Assembly: GCF_044704955.1 (NCBI RefSeq)
Contig: NC_091991.1
Coordinates: forward strand, 166,036,001-166,100,000
DNA from: Pristiophorus japonicus
Lineage: Eukaryota
DNA length: 64,000 nt
Reading direction: 5' to 3'
In this document: positions 39,237 through 50,789 of the stretch, in pieces
How positions within the stretch are numbered: position 1 is the first letter of the stretch
How the letters are laid out: every line of letters starts with the position of its first letter
Position numbers and translations under genes: made by a program
Notes under the pieces: generated by a model
Databases searched by the model: none
What the model was told of the DNA's origin: nothing
What the model saw: the letters and a program-made list of their open reading frames with translations, nothing else

Positions 39237-40870
39237 CTGTGACTCCGGGAGGAACTCCTCAGCCACGGGAAGAAGACGGTTGAGGAGGACTCTAGCGACA
39301 ACTTTCCCAGGGCTGATAGCAGGGAGATTCCTCTGTAGTTTTTTTTTTTGGAAATTCGTAGCCAATCGTTCCAATTCTTTGTCAAATCACAAACGCCAGA
39401 GGTCACCTTGCACATGCCAAGGATCACTCTGCGCCAATGCCCTTAGCCAAAAGGCCTAGAGCCACTGCACCGTTCCTGGAAGTACTGCAATACCAGGTTC
39501 GTGCCATGGAGGTGGATGGGTCAGGTCCCCCACACACCTCCGTGGAGGTGGATGGGTCAACCCACCCCACCCACCTCCTGTTTGCAAAAATGCAAGCATA
39601 TACCTTCCTGACCAGGGAGAAACCACCCGGAGGTCATGGTGGCTGGTCAGGTTAGTTATGCATGATCTTAGCCAAAAGGCCGAGAAGCGACTTGTCCCCT
39701 TTTTTAATGATGGTCACAATCACTGCATCTCTGAGATCTCCCGGCGTGCTCTCCTCCCTCCAGCTGAGGGAGATGAGGTTGTGTATTCACGCCATCAGTG
39801 CCTCTCCGTCATACTTCAATGCCTCAGCAGGGATTCCGTCTGCACTCATAGCCTTGTTGTTTTTAAGCTGTCTTATGGCTTTTTCTACCTCGTGCAGTGT
39901 TTGGGTCTCACTGAGGTGGTGGTGGGTAGCATGCTGCGGGATGGAGTCGAGAACACTCGAGTCCCTCTCGATTAAGGAGATCTTCGAAGTGCTCCTTCCA
40001 GCGGGCCATGACTGCCTCAGTGTCCTTGATGAGTGTTTCCCCGTTCTTGGCCAGCAGTGGGGTGGGGCCTTGGGTGTTTGGCCTGTAGGTGGCCTTGACT
40101 GCATCATGGTTGTCAGCCAGCTGCTGTTTCTCCTGTGCTTTCTCCAGTGCAGCCTTCAGCCACCTGAGAAAAAAAGTGTTTCAAGACCAGGCCCTCAAAA
40201 CTGCCACCAAGCTCATGGTCTACAGGGCTGTAGTAATACCTGCCCTCCTGTATGGCTCAGAGACATGGACCATGTACAGTAGACATCTCAAGTTGTTGGA
40301 GAAATATCACCAACGATGTCTCTGCAAGATTCTACAAATCCCCTGGGAGGACAGGCGCACCAACATCAGCGCCCTTGTTCAGGCTAACATCCCCAGCTTT
40401 GAAGCACTGACCACACTCGATCAGCTCTGCTGGGCAGGCCACATAGTCCGCATGCCAGACACGAGACTCCCAAAGCAAGTGTTCTACTCGGAGCTCCTTC
40501 ACGGAAGACGAGCCAAAGGTGGGCAGCAGAAACGCTACAAGGACACTCTCAAAGTCTCCCTGATAAAGTGCAACATCCTCACTGACACCTGGGAGTCCCT
40601 GGCCCAAGTCTGCCCTAATTGGAGGAAGTGCATCCGAGAGGGCGCTGAGCACCTCGAGTCTCAACGCAGAGAGCATGCAGAAATCAAGCAGGCAGGGGAA
40701 AGAGCGTGCGGCAAACCAGTCCCACCCACCCCTTCCCTCAATGACTATCTGTCCCACCTGTGACAGAGTCTGTGGCTCTCGTATTGGACTGTTCAGCCAC
40801 CAAAGAATTCACTTCAGGAGAGGAAGCAAGTCTTCCTCGATTCCGAGGGACTGCCTATGATGATGATGAT
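39237..40870. mobile_element. RTE LINE insertion with inverted 5' segment (minus ~39234-40144, plus ~40143-40870)
   Basis: 11-bp TSD ATAATGCTGCA at 39226-39236 and 40869-40879 brackets both arms. Confidence 0.85.
39339..39690 (-). mobile_element. snRNA-derived (U2/U1 mosaic) poly(A) retroposon, SINEU-like
   Basis: 28/28 match to vertebrate U2 nt 2-29 (39663-39690); U1-like segment 39591-39659; 32/33 match to the U2 3' end (39466-39498); second U2 5' piece (39442-39460); A11 tail; interrupts RTE coding sequence. Confidence 0.85.
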
Positions 40871-41165
40871 AATGCTGCATCACCAATAGAATAAAATTTT
40901 TGCAATTTAGGGCAGGCATTTGTTACTAACCCCGTGGTATCACTGACACTAATTGTGATAACGAATTTTAATTTGAAATAAACGTAATTTAAAGAACCAG
41001 GCTGTAATTGGGCACTATGTTGAAATTTTCCAGTGATAAGTAATACTAAGGTAACTAAGATAATGACCCTGTGTCTGGAAGTGTCAACACCCACCTGGAA
41101 CCTTTTGGGTGAGTTACTGGAGTGCAGCCATCTTTGATCCCCTCCTTTGCTCCCTGGCATCAGTT

Positions 41166-41434
41166 GGGTTGCCAACCCTCCAGGATTGTCCTGGTATCTG
41201 TAGGAATTGAAGATTAATCTCCTGATCACTGCTGCAAGCAACCCAGGAGAAAGATCATAGGGGCATTAAAAATAAATTGTGTATTTTTTTACATTTTCTT
41301 TGAACACTTTTATTTATTAGTTATAAAAATATTGGAGATAACATGGTTTATCTGTTTGACTGGGTGTGGCGATTGAGGCGGGAGGTCATGTGATCAAACC
41401 TCCAGGAATACTTCCAACCAGAGTTGGCAACCCT
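41166..41434. mobile_element. hAT (Blackjack-like) MITE
   Basis: TIR GGGTTGCCAAC ... GTTGGCAACCC. Confidence 0.7.
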
Positions 41435-41464
41435 TGGGTCAGATCATCTGTCAGGCTCACACTT

Positions 41465-41835
41465 AAGTAATAGCAATCCTTATTTTCAAATCCCTCCCTG
41501 GCCTTGCCCCTCCCTATCTCTGTAATCTGCTCCAGCCCCACAACCCCCAGAGATGTCTGCGTTCCTCTAATTCTGCCCTCCTGAGCATCCCTGATTGTAA
41601 TCGCTCAACCATTGGTGGCCGTGTTCCAAGCTCTGGAACTCCCTGCCTAAACCTCTCCGCCTCTCTACCTCTTTCTTCCTTCAAGATGCTCCTTAACCTC
41701 TTTGACCTTGGTCACCTGACCTAATTTCTACTTATGTGGCTCGGTGTCAAATTTTTATCGCATAACACTCCTGTGAAGCGCCTTGGGACGTTTCACTACG
41801 TTAAAGGCGCTATATAAATACAAGTTGTTGTTATT
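41465..41835 (+). mobile_element. L2 LINE 3' fragment
   Basis: AAGCTCTGGAACTCCCTGCCTAAACC...GGCGCTATATAAATACAAGTTGTTG. Confidence 0.8.
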
Positions 41836-43981
41836 GAGGTATCAGAGGGCGACCAGCGACCTTGGAAACTTCAGCGAGGAGTCAATCGCTGGGAATTTCC
41901 TTGGGACTTCTCCCGCTCTACCACCAGACGTTTGGCAGAAGCCCTCAGGAAATTATTGGAGAGCGTCTCAGGAGAAAAGGGAGGTAGGGAGGGGAGGATT
42001 GAGGAAATAAATAAAAGCTGGCTGCCGTATCTAATCCCACTGCGGTTATTTGCCAGATCGATTCTAGTCAGCCTTGTAACAATGACTTTACCCAGTCACC
42101 TTGGGAATAATTCAATACTAAATGATCATTTTCCTGGATTTGCTACAAAAAGAGCTTGCGTAGCGTACCAGATTTAGCGCAGCGTGCACAATTTGAGGAG
42201 CACTTATTGGCCACGAGTGTCACTTTAATATTATCAAAGTATTGTTGCCTGTGCGAAATACTTCCTGTTATATTGTAGTTAGGTTCGAAGCCAATGAATG
42301 TCGAATTGATCAATACAGTAGGGGGACCAGTTACAGATACTTAATGGAGGGCACTCAATACCATTTGCTTAGGATTGTATTACATTAGTCCATATTATAT
42401 AACATGTAGCATATTTCCCAGTAACCTGCTGCTTCCAAAGGACTTGAAATACCATATTCGCAACGTAAAAATGTACAGAACGGAAAAGATCACTGCAATC
42501 TGACTGGTCAGTCCAAAAATTTGCAAAATTCCACCTCTCACTCATTTTAATATATGAGATGGAGATCCGTGCATTCTGGTGATGCACTATCACCTTCATG
42601 TCATATGTCACCTGTGTCACTCCACCGCTATGCACTCAGTGTACCTGATGCGATGGCAAAAAACATCATTGAATAAGGACTTCAATAAATAAACAACATA
42701 AAAATAACAATGACAATTATCTGGCATTGAGGTTTGTATTTTGCAATTTGTTTTTTGCATTGTTCACGGTGAGTCGGTGGTTTTATAAGAACAGGGTGAT
42801 ATGCCAAGAAGTATTATCAGGGCCACTGGCTTGTCAGCATTGGGAACAGCCCTGGTATATGAGAGCACTGGGAAGGGAGGAATGGGGGGATTCCTAGGTC
42901 TAATAGCATTTTGGGGAGGTGGGGGGGAGGTGGGGGAGGGTGTCTCAGGTTCCAGGATCTAGGATCACTAGGAGATGTGTCATGTATGTAGACCATGTAT
43001 ACTAACTGTATAGTCACATAAGGTGTGCCACCAGAGGGCACTGCAGTGGGAGACCTGAGGGTCACCTGCATAGGTGTGCAGGGCCCAGTATAAAAGGCTG
43101 CCCACCATGTTTGTGCCTCACTCTGGAGTTACAATAAATGGGACTAAGGTCACAACAGCTCAAATACAATACTAGACCTCATGGAGTCATTCATAAGAGT
43201 ATTAAAGACATAACAACTGGCGACAAGATTACAAACTTTCACGCAAAAATGATTAACGTTGGTGCATTAGAAAAGTTCTCAGAGGGTGAAGATTGGGAAG
43301 CCTTTACGGAGCGGCTCGACCAATATTTCGGAGCAAACGACCTGGTAGGCGATGATCCGACCACGCTGGCAGATAAGCGCAGAGCTATCCTGTTGACCAG
43401 TTGTGGGCCCGTGGTCTACGGCCTCGTCAGGGACTTGCTTGCACCAGAGAAAACAACGACCAAGTCATACGAGGAGCTGAAAGTGCTAATTCTGGACCAA
43501 CTTACACTGAAGGAGAGCATCCTCACGGCCAGGCATCGAGGGCCAGGAAATCGCAAAGTACACTGCCGACCTCAGGAGGCTGGCAGGACCGAGTGAATTC
43601 GGCGCATTCCTCGCCGATGCGTTGCGGGACGTCTTTGTAATTGGCATCGGTCATGAGGCCCTTCTTCACAGGCTACTGTCTGCCGAAACCACCGTCACTC
43701 TGCAGAAGGCCATCAGCATCAGCCAGGCGTTCATGACCTCAAGCTGCAGCTCCAAGCAGATGATGACTCACTCTCAGGACTCAAACCCGGCAAGCACTGT
43801 AATTAGAATGGCGCCTTTCACAGGCAGAACTGTTGAACGTGAATCTGCCCAGGTCGGAGCGTACAGGCCCCCGAGTCCTTTAACTCAGAGTCTGCCGAGG
43901 GGTGCAAACGTAAGTCGAGTAGCACCATGCTGGCGTTGCAAAGGTAATCACAGGACTCATCAGTGTCGGTTCAGAGACTAT

Positions 43982-46419
43982 GGGCCCAAGTTTCCACATG
44001 ATAAAAAACAGGCGCCCCTCCGAGCTGGGCGCCCGTTTTTCGCGCCTAAAACGGCGCCAGAAAAAAAACAAGCGATTCTGGAGCGCCCTGCAGCTCCTTG
44101 TCTGCTTGGTGCGGCGCCCAGGGGGGCGGAGCCTACACTCGCGCCGATTTTGTAAGTGGGAGGGGGCGGGTACTATTTAAATTAGTTTTTTTCTTGCCGG
44201 CAACGCTGCACGTGCGCGTTGGAGCGTTCGCACATGCTCAGTGTGAAATAAACATTGGCACTCGGCCATTTTTGTAGTTCTTTGTAGCTGTTTAGTTTTT
44301 GAAAATTTTTTAACAAAAGTACATTGCCATCAGCACAGAGGCTTCTTGTAGCAGTGAGAAGGCTGCAGGAAGCCTCAGAAAGTTGAGGCAGCCGTTTCCC
44401 GACGACCTCCCCCTTTTGCCGTCGGGAAATGATCCTCAATTTCTGAGGCTTCCTACAGCCTTCTCTCTTTCCCGCCAGCCGTCTGGAACGGCTCCATTCC
44501 CCCCCCCCCGGCGCTCGGTCGGCTCCCTCCCCCCCCCCCCCCCCCCCCCCGTGTTCGGTCGGCTCCCTCCCTCCCGCCCACATTCGGTCGGCTCCCTCCC
44601 TCCTGCCCGCGTTTGGTCGGCTCCCTTCCCTCCCCCCCCCCCCGCCCCCCCCGCGTTCGGTAGGCTCCCTCCCTGGCTCCCTCCCTCCCGCCCGCCCGCA
44701 TTCGGTCGGCTCCCTCCCGCCCGCCCGCGTTCGGTCGGCTCCCTCCCTCCCCACCCCCCGTGTTCGGTCGGCTCCCTCCCTCCCCACCCCCCGTGTTCGG
44801 TCAGCTCCCTCCTCCCCCCCTGCCCGCGATCGGTCGGCTCCCTCCTCCGCCCCCCCAGCCCATGTTCGGTCGGCTCCCTCCCCCCCCTCCCCCTCCCCCC
44901 CAGCCCGCGTTCGGTCGGCTCCCTCCTCCCCCCCCCCCAGCCCGCGTTCGGTCGGCTCCCTCCTCCCCCCCCCCCCGGCCCGTGTTCGGTCGGCTCCCTC
45001 CCCCTCCCCCCCGGCCCGCGTTCGGTCGGCTCCCTCCTCCCCCCCCCCCGGCCCGCGTTCGGTCGGCTCCCTCCCCCCCCCCCCCGGCCCGTGTTCGGTC
45101 GGCTCCCTCCCCCCCCTCCCCCTCCCCCCCGGCCTGCGTTCGGTCGGCTCCCTCCTCCCCCCCCCCCGGCCCGCGTTCGGTCGGCTCCCTCCCCCTCCCC
45201 CCGGCCCGTGTTCGGTCGGCTCCCTCCCCCCCCTCCCCCTCCCCCCCGGCCCGCGTTCGGTCGGCTCCCTCCTCCCCCCCCCCCCAGCCCGCGTTTGGTC
45301 GGCTCCCTCCTCCCCCCCCCCCGGCCCGCGTTCGGTCGGCTCCCTCCCCCTCCCCCCCGGCCCGCGTTCGGTCGGCTCCCTCCTCCCCCCCCCCCCAGCC
45401 CGCGTTTGGTCGGCTCCCTCCTCCCCCCCCCCCGGCCCGTGTTCGGTCGGCTCCCTCCCCCTCCCCCCCGGCCCGCGTTCGGTCGGCTCCCTCCTCCCCC
45501 CCCCCCGGCCCGCGTTCGGTCGGCTCCCTCCCCCTCCCCCCCGGCCCGCGTTCGGTCGGCTCCCTCCTCCCCCCCCCCCAGCCCGCGTTCAGTCGGCTCC
45601 CTCCTCCCCCCCCCCCGGCCCGCGTTCGGTCGGCTCCCTCCCCCTCCCCCCCGGCCCGCGTTCGGTCGGCTCCCTCCTCCCCCCCCCCCGGCCCGCGTTC
45701 GGTCGGCTCCCTCCCCCTCCCCCCGGCCCGTGTTCGGTCGGCTCCCTCCCCCCCCTCCCCCTCCCCCCCGGCCCGCGTTCGGTCGGCTCCCTCCCCCTCC
45801 CCCCCGGCCCGCGTTCGGTCGGCTCCCCCCCCCCCCCCCGGCCCGTGTTCGGTCGGCTCCCTCCCCCCTCCTCCCCCTCCCCCCCGGCCCGCGTTCGGTC
45901 GGCTCCCTCGTTTTGTGAGGCTTGCTGCACCATTCTTCCTGGCTGAAGCACTTTCACACAGGTAGGAAGATGGTTTATTTAATCTTTTCTTTGCTTATAA
46001 ATGTTTATTCAGGTTGGATTTATTTGTATAATATTTGTAGAAGTATAAATAAGGATTTATTGTAGAATTTAATGAGTTCCCTTCCCCACCCCTCCCCCCC
46101 ACCTAGTTCTGGACGCCTGATTTGTAACCTGCGCCTGATTTTTTAATGTGTAGAACAGGTTTTTTCAGTTCTACAAAAATCTTCACTTGCTCCATTCTAC
46201 TTTAGTTTGGAGTACGTTTTCACTGTGGAAACTTTCAAATCAGGCGTCAGTGGCTGGACACGCCCCCTTTTGAAGAAAAAATTCTGTTCCAAAGTAGAAC
46301 TGTTCTTCCTGACTAGAACTGCAGAAAAAAAAATGTGGAGAATTGAGAATTCTAAGATAGTCCGTTCTCCACCAGTTGCTCCTAAAAATCAGGCGCAAAT
46401 CATGTGGAAACTTGGGCCC
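43982..46419. mobile_element. 2.4-kb non-autonomous TIR element (PIF/Harbinger-like) inserted between the Gag zinc knuckles
   Basis: Perfect 21-bp TIR GGGCCCAAGTTTCCACATGAT / ATCATGTGGAAACTTGGGCCC; removing it plus 3 bp restores FRDY-VCKGC; the 3-bp flanks (TAT/ATT) do not match exactly. Confidence 0.85.
44500..45908. repeat. C-rich minisatellite, ~35-40-bp unit GGCCCG(C/T)GTTCGGTCGGCTCCCTC-(C)n
   Basis: Directly visible tandem array with variable C tracts. Confidence 0.97.
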
Positions 46420-49218
46420 ATTGTGTGCAAAGGCTGCAGCACAAAGGGCCACCTCCAGCGAATGTACAAAAGAGCTGTGACTCACCACGTGGAAGAGGAG
46501 TCAGCAGATGGCTGTAAATCCAGCGCGGATTACGAGGAGATGGCTAGAGAGGCAACTCAGTCCCAGGACGAAGTGTGTGGAGTATATACCTGCACCACAG
46601 ATTCCAGTGATAATGGAAGTCGAGATAAATGGCGTTCCAGTCTTCATGGAAGTGGACACGGGGGCGAGTCAGTCAGTAATGAGCCAGGAAGCCTTTGAGA
46701 GGCGATGGAACGATCAAGCTGAACAACCCAAGCTGGTCCCGGTTCAGGCAAAGCTGTGCACCTACACCAAGGAACTGATATCAGTTGTTGGTAATGTGGA
46801 TGTAAGTGTGTCCCATGATGGCGCGGTGCACAATTTACCATTGTGGATTGTTTCAGGTGAAGGACCAACTCTACTTGGAAGAAGATGGATGGGGAAGATT
46901 CATTGGAACTGGGAAGACTTCATCTCTCCAGCGATCGACGTCCCCCGTGCTCAGAGGCAGAGCAAGCCTCCACCTTCAGCTGGACCAGGCACCGGAGAGC
47001 AGATCCGCGCAGCCCCCGAGGCACAGACCGCTCATCACGACTGCGTGGCGATGATCCGGCCGAGACGACCCGAACGCACCTTCCTGGTTCCAGTGGCAGG
47101 ACTCCTGGGGAGGGAGATTGGATCCGAGGGCACCTTCCCAGCTTCAGTGGCAGAATCCCTGGGAAAGAAGATCGCGGCAGTCGACATTACGGACAGGGAA
47201 AAGATGGCGTCCAAACCACGAGGTGCAGCGCTAATGGAGCAACGACACGTGGTTCCACGCAAGGAAGACGATTGGGGTAAAAGTAGTAAGGCCATTTTAA
47301 AGGAGGCCAACAACCCGCCATTTTTGAATGAGCTGCTTGAAATTGGTGATCAATGTAAAAGTCCAGCTGTAACGAGCAAAATGTTGTTGAGCGATGTCGG
47401 TTGCAAATTGCAATCAGCCAATGTAGCAGGCAAGCAACTAAAGGTCGTATACAGGTCCAGCAGGCTACCCAATGCTGTGGTCTGAGTCTCCGGGACCTGA
47501 ACGATGTATCATAAAGTGTCCCCACAGCTGACAGAAGTAGACAAGCCGCAGAGTAAACAATCCCCGGAGAGCAGAGGCACCGGTAGCGATACCCTGTCTC
47601 AGATCAGTTTAACATTGCAGGCACCCGATGACATGAACAGCCACGGGCCAGAAACAGTAAACTGCGCCTATGCTCGCAGTCGGCTACCGTCGCCCATCAC
47701 CCGGGTGGAAAAGGCGCAGCCCACAAACCCACTCGCCACCACGGCAATGCCCAAGAGCAAAGGGTCACCCACAACGGCTCCTCCAAACGGGACCTGGACC
47801 AGCCAGGATCCCAAACTAGAGAGTGCTCACAACGGTGCCCTCAAGGAAAGCGAGTCAGCAGTCCCCTGTGAACTGCTAGACAAGACGAGGCAGCCCCACC
47901 GTCGCATAGACGAAACGCTCACTCGCTCAGACCGATTCCCATGGGAGCAGCAGCGACACTGTGCAAACGAAAAGGACAGGGAGGTCACAGACACATCAGC
48001 TGTCTTTGGGCCTGCCCGACACTAGGGAGTAACGTCAAGAGCCCTGAGCTCCGGCAACTCGAGCAAAATGAGCTCACCTTTCCCACAGACCCACTAGCAT
48101 GGGGCGCTGAGCCGCCACCAGACAACCCGGATCTCATCTGGCCCTGCTGGAACTAGACTGTCCTTGTGTACCTGTACTGAGATACCTGTACTGATCATGT
48201 AAATGTACCACACAAAAAGAAACGCAACTGTAATCCACCCAACAAATGTACCAAGATGTAAATGTAAAACCCATGTGATGAACTTGAATGCAACTTGCAT
48301 ACAATGGGCCATTAGCATGATCTCTGTGTGGAGGGGAGATTGGAGTAGTCATGGACTCACAACCAGAAACCACTGGGATCTCCACTGGCAACAAATCTCA
48401 CTACCAACCCACCCAAGCTAGAAGTGACCCTCCAGTGGTCAACCAGGAAGAGCAAAGCCCGGGTCACCGTCAATGTACGAGTCAATTTTCTTTAAAGACT
48501 TGGGGGGGAAGTAATGTCATGTCTGTAGACCATGTATACTAACTCTATAGTCACATAAGGTGTGTCACTAGAGGGTACTGCGGTGGGAGACCTGAGGGTC
48601 ATCTGCATAGGTGTGCAGGGCCCAGTATAAAAGGCTGCCCACCATGCTTGTGCCTCACTCTGGAGTTACAATAAATGGGACTAAGGTCACAACAGCTCAA
48701 GTACAATACTAGACCTCATGGAGTCATTCATAGGAGTATTAAAGACATAACAAGATGGATCCCAGCGAGGACATCAGGAGGGAGTTTAAGCGAGGACACC
48801 TGGTCGGGCATCCAGGGGATGGGGGTAGGAGCCAAGGCATCAGGGCCATGATCGGGGCTGGGGGAGGCCGAAGGGAATCCCAGAAAAATCGGGCAGCTGG
48901 GCCCTGAGTGTGGGGCGGAGCGCTAAAGGAGGCATTGTACACCTCTCTTAGGGCGCTAGGCCGGCTGAGCATGTGAAAATCCCGAGCTAAACAGCTGACC
49001 GGGCCTCCCCCTCACCTGCTGTTCAATTGAAGTCACGCCACCAATGAATAATGATTCAGCCCCCACCTACCTATTGCCCGAGCCTCATCGATGGCCTGAT
49101 TTGGGTTTCTTAAATTTTAAATGAGCGGGAATATGGTTTTGTTGCTCGAACCTGATATTTTAAGCCCTCTCCCGCCCGTCGGCGGTGGTGGGGGTGGGGC
49201 CTATGTATCTCATTCTAT

Positions 49219-49867
49219 AAGCTTGATTTTCCGGTGTTGCCCGCCTTTGTTTTCGCCCCGGTCAGGCGGCAATGGCGGCAGTGAGCTCTTCTGGGAGGGC
49301 GACCGGCTTCCTGCGCCCCGTCGGGGTTTTCGGGGCCGGTTTCGGCGGGGCGTGGAGCATTACCGCCCGGAAGAGGTGAGCTGGTGTGCAATGCCCCTGG
49401 TTGCGACACCGGCTCGCTTTTTTTGACTCCCGCCCGACCCGTACGCCCCACTGTGCGTCTGCTGTGACCGCCTGTGAAAACGGGTGGCCCGACCTATACC
49501 GGCTGCAGTGAGGTAAGTAATGTCCACCTCAGGTAAATGTGATTGTTTTTTCTTTTTTTTTTGCACTTTATGTTGCGGTGGCGTGGGCTATATATTGGGA
49601 ATGTTTTTGGTGGTTTTTTCAAGTTTTTTTTACGCCTCAGGCCTCTCTTAGAGCGCTCCCTGGCCGGCTGTTAGCTCGGGATTTTCGCATGCTCAGCCGG
49701 CCTAGCGCTCTAAGAGAGGTGTGCAACATTTTCCTTAGCTCTCCGCCCCACATTCAAGGCCCAGCTGCCCAATTTTTCTGACTGAGGCGCAAACTGTTCT
49801 TGGGCACAAACATTACCGCCCCGCTACCATTACCGCCCCAAAATCGGCAAAGCCGAAAATCTAGCCC
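49219..49867. mobile_element. PIF/Harbinger-like MITE, same family as 36279-36902 in opposite orientation
   Basis: Ends GCTTGATTTTCCGG ... GAAAATCTAGCCC; interior similar to 36279-36902 and 13421-14027. Confidence 0.65.
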
Positions 49868-50789
49868 AATGTTCTTGAAGAACTTTTTTCAGGCAGGACC
49901 TTCCTCCTTCAAATAAATGCATACGTACTCCCTCCTACCTTAGCATACCAATCTCTTCTTTCAACATGCCTTCTATGCCAACTTTACCCAGAACAGATGT
50001 TAGCCCTACTGGCCTGTAGTTTTCTATGTCTCTTTTTAATGACTGGCCTTTAGCTTCTTTCCAATACTCAGGCACTACTCACAAGGTGGAGCAAAAAATT
50101 GGATAGAAAAAGAAGAAACAGACCAGACAAAACACAAGACTAACATTTGAAAACAATTGCAAAATTCACAATAATTGGAAATATTCTCCTCGTCATTTCA
50201 GTCGCGAAACAACCAGTTATTATCCTAGAACTACTGACCTGCCATAGTCAAATGAATCTAATTTTACAGCTGTAATGCAGATAGAGCTTGGAGCCTCCCA
50301 CTCACACCATCACATGCATCTGATCGAGGTTCCAGTCTGTGCCTGACCACTTTATATTCACAAACAATGCTCACCATTCAAGATGAAAGGATAATTCTGA
50401 CTAAATTTACATTTTGCTAGAAAGTCCACCACAAGACACCGTTTTCTGGCTTGGCTTCCTGCCTAATCAATATTGGTTTTCACAATAGTTGTGTCTAAAT
50501 TAAATAGTCCGAAAGTTTGGAGTAGGATCAATGATAATTCAGTATTCTAGATGAAAAAGCGGGCAACATGCAACACAATAGAAATTGCTCATCACGTGGT
50601 CATGTGCCAATAAACCAGGGTCACTTCAAGATCAGCTACTCTCAGAAGCTGCAGAACCCAATCCGGTTTTACCGTGATTACTCTGACTGTGCTAGAGCAA
50701 AAGAACTAATACAGGTCAATTGAAGCATTCATTCCATTTTGATTCCCAAGTCCAAATACAAACCTTAAGGCAGCATGGCTCTTCTCTTA

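Larger units (their letters stand above)
42978..48752 (+). mobile_element. Non-autonomous Gypsy-derived LTR element (gag and protease retained, RT and integrase core missing)
   Basis: 238-bp LTRs 42978-43215 and 48515-48752 (about 10 differences), TG..CA ends, TSD AGATG, PBS TGGCGAC, PPT GGGGGGGAAG; gag LEKFSEGEDWEAF, protease MEVDTG. Confidence 0.92.

Noticed and set aside
39466-39690. Functional U2 or U1 snRNA gene
   Set aside because: Lacks the U2 GTAGTA branch-site region and stem II, the U1 5' end is altered, the flanks are RTE sequence rather than PSE/3' box, and it ends in poly(A)
42369-42645. 88-aa ORF as host exon
   Set aside because: The best acceptor leads to stops in all frames; no recognisable domain
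44383-45965. 511-aa and 401-aa proline-rich (formin/extensin-like) ORFs
   Set aside because: Stop-free by composition of the C-rich minisatellite; open in several frames and located inside a TIR element
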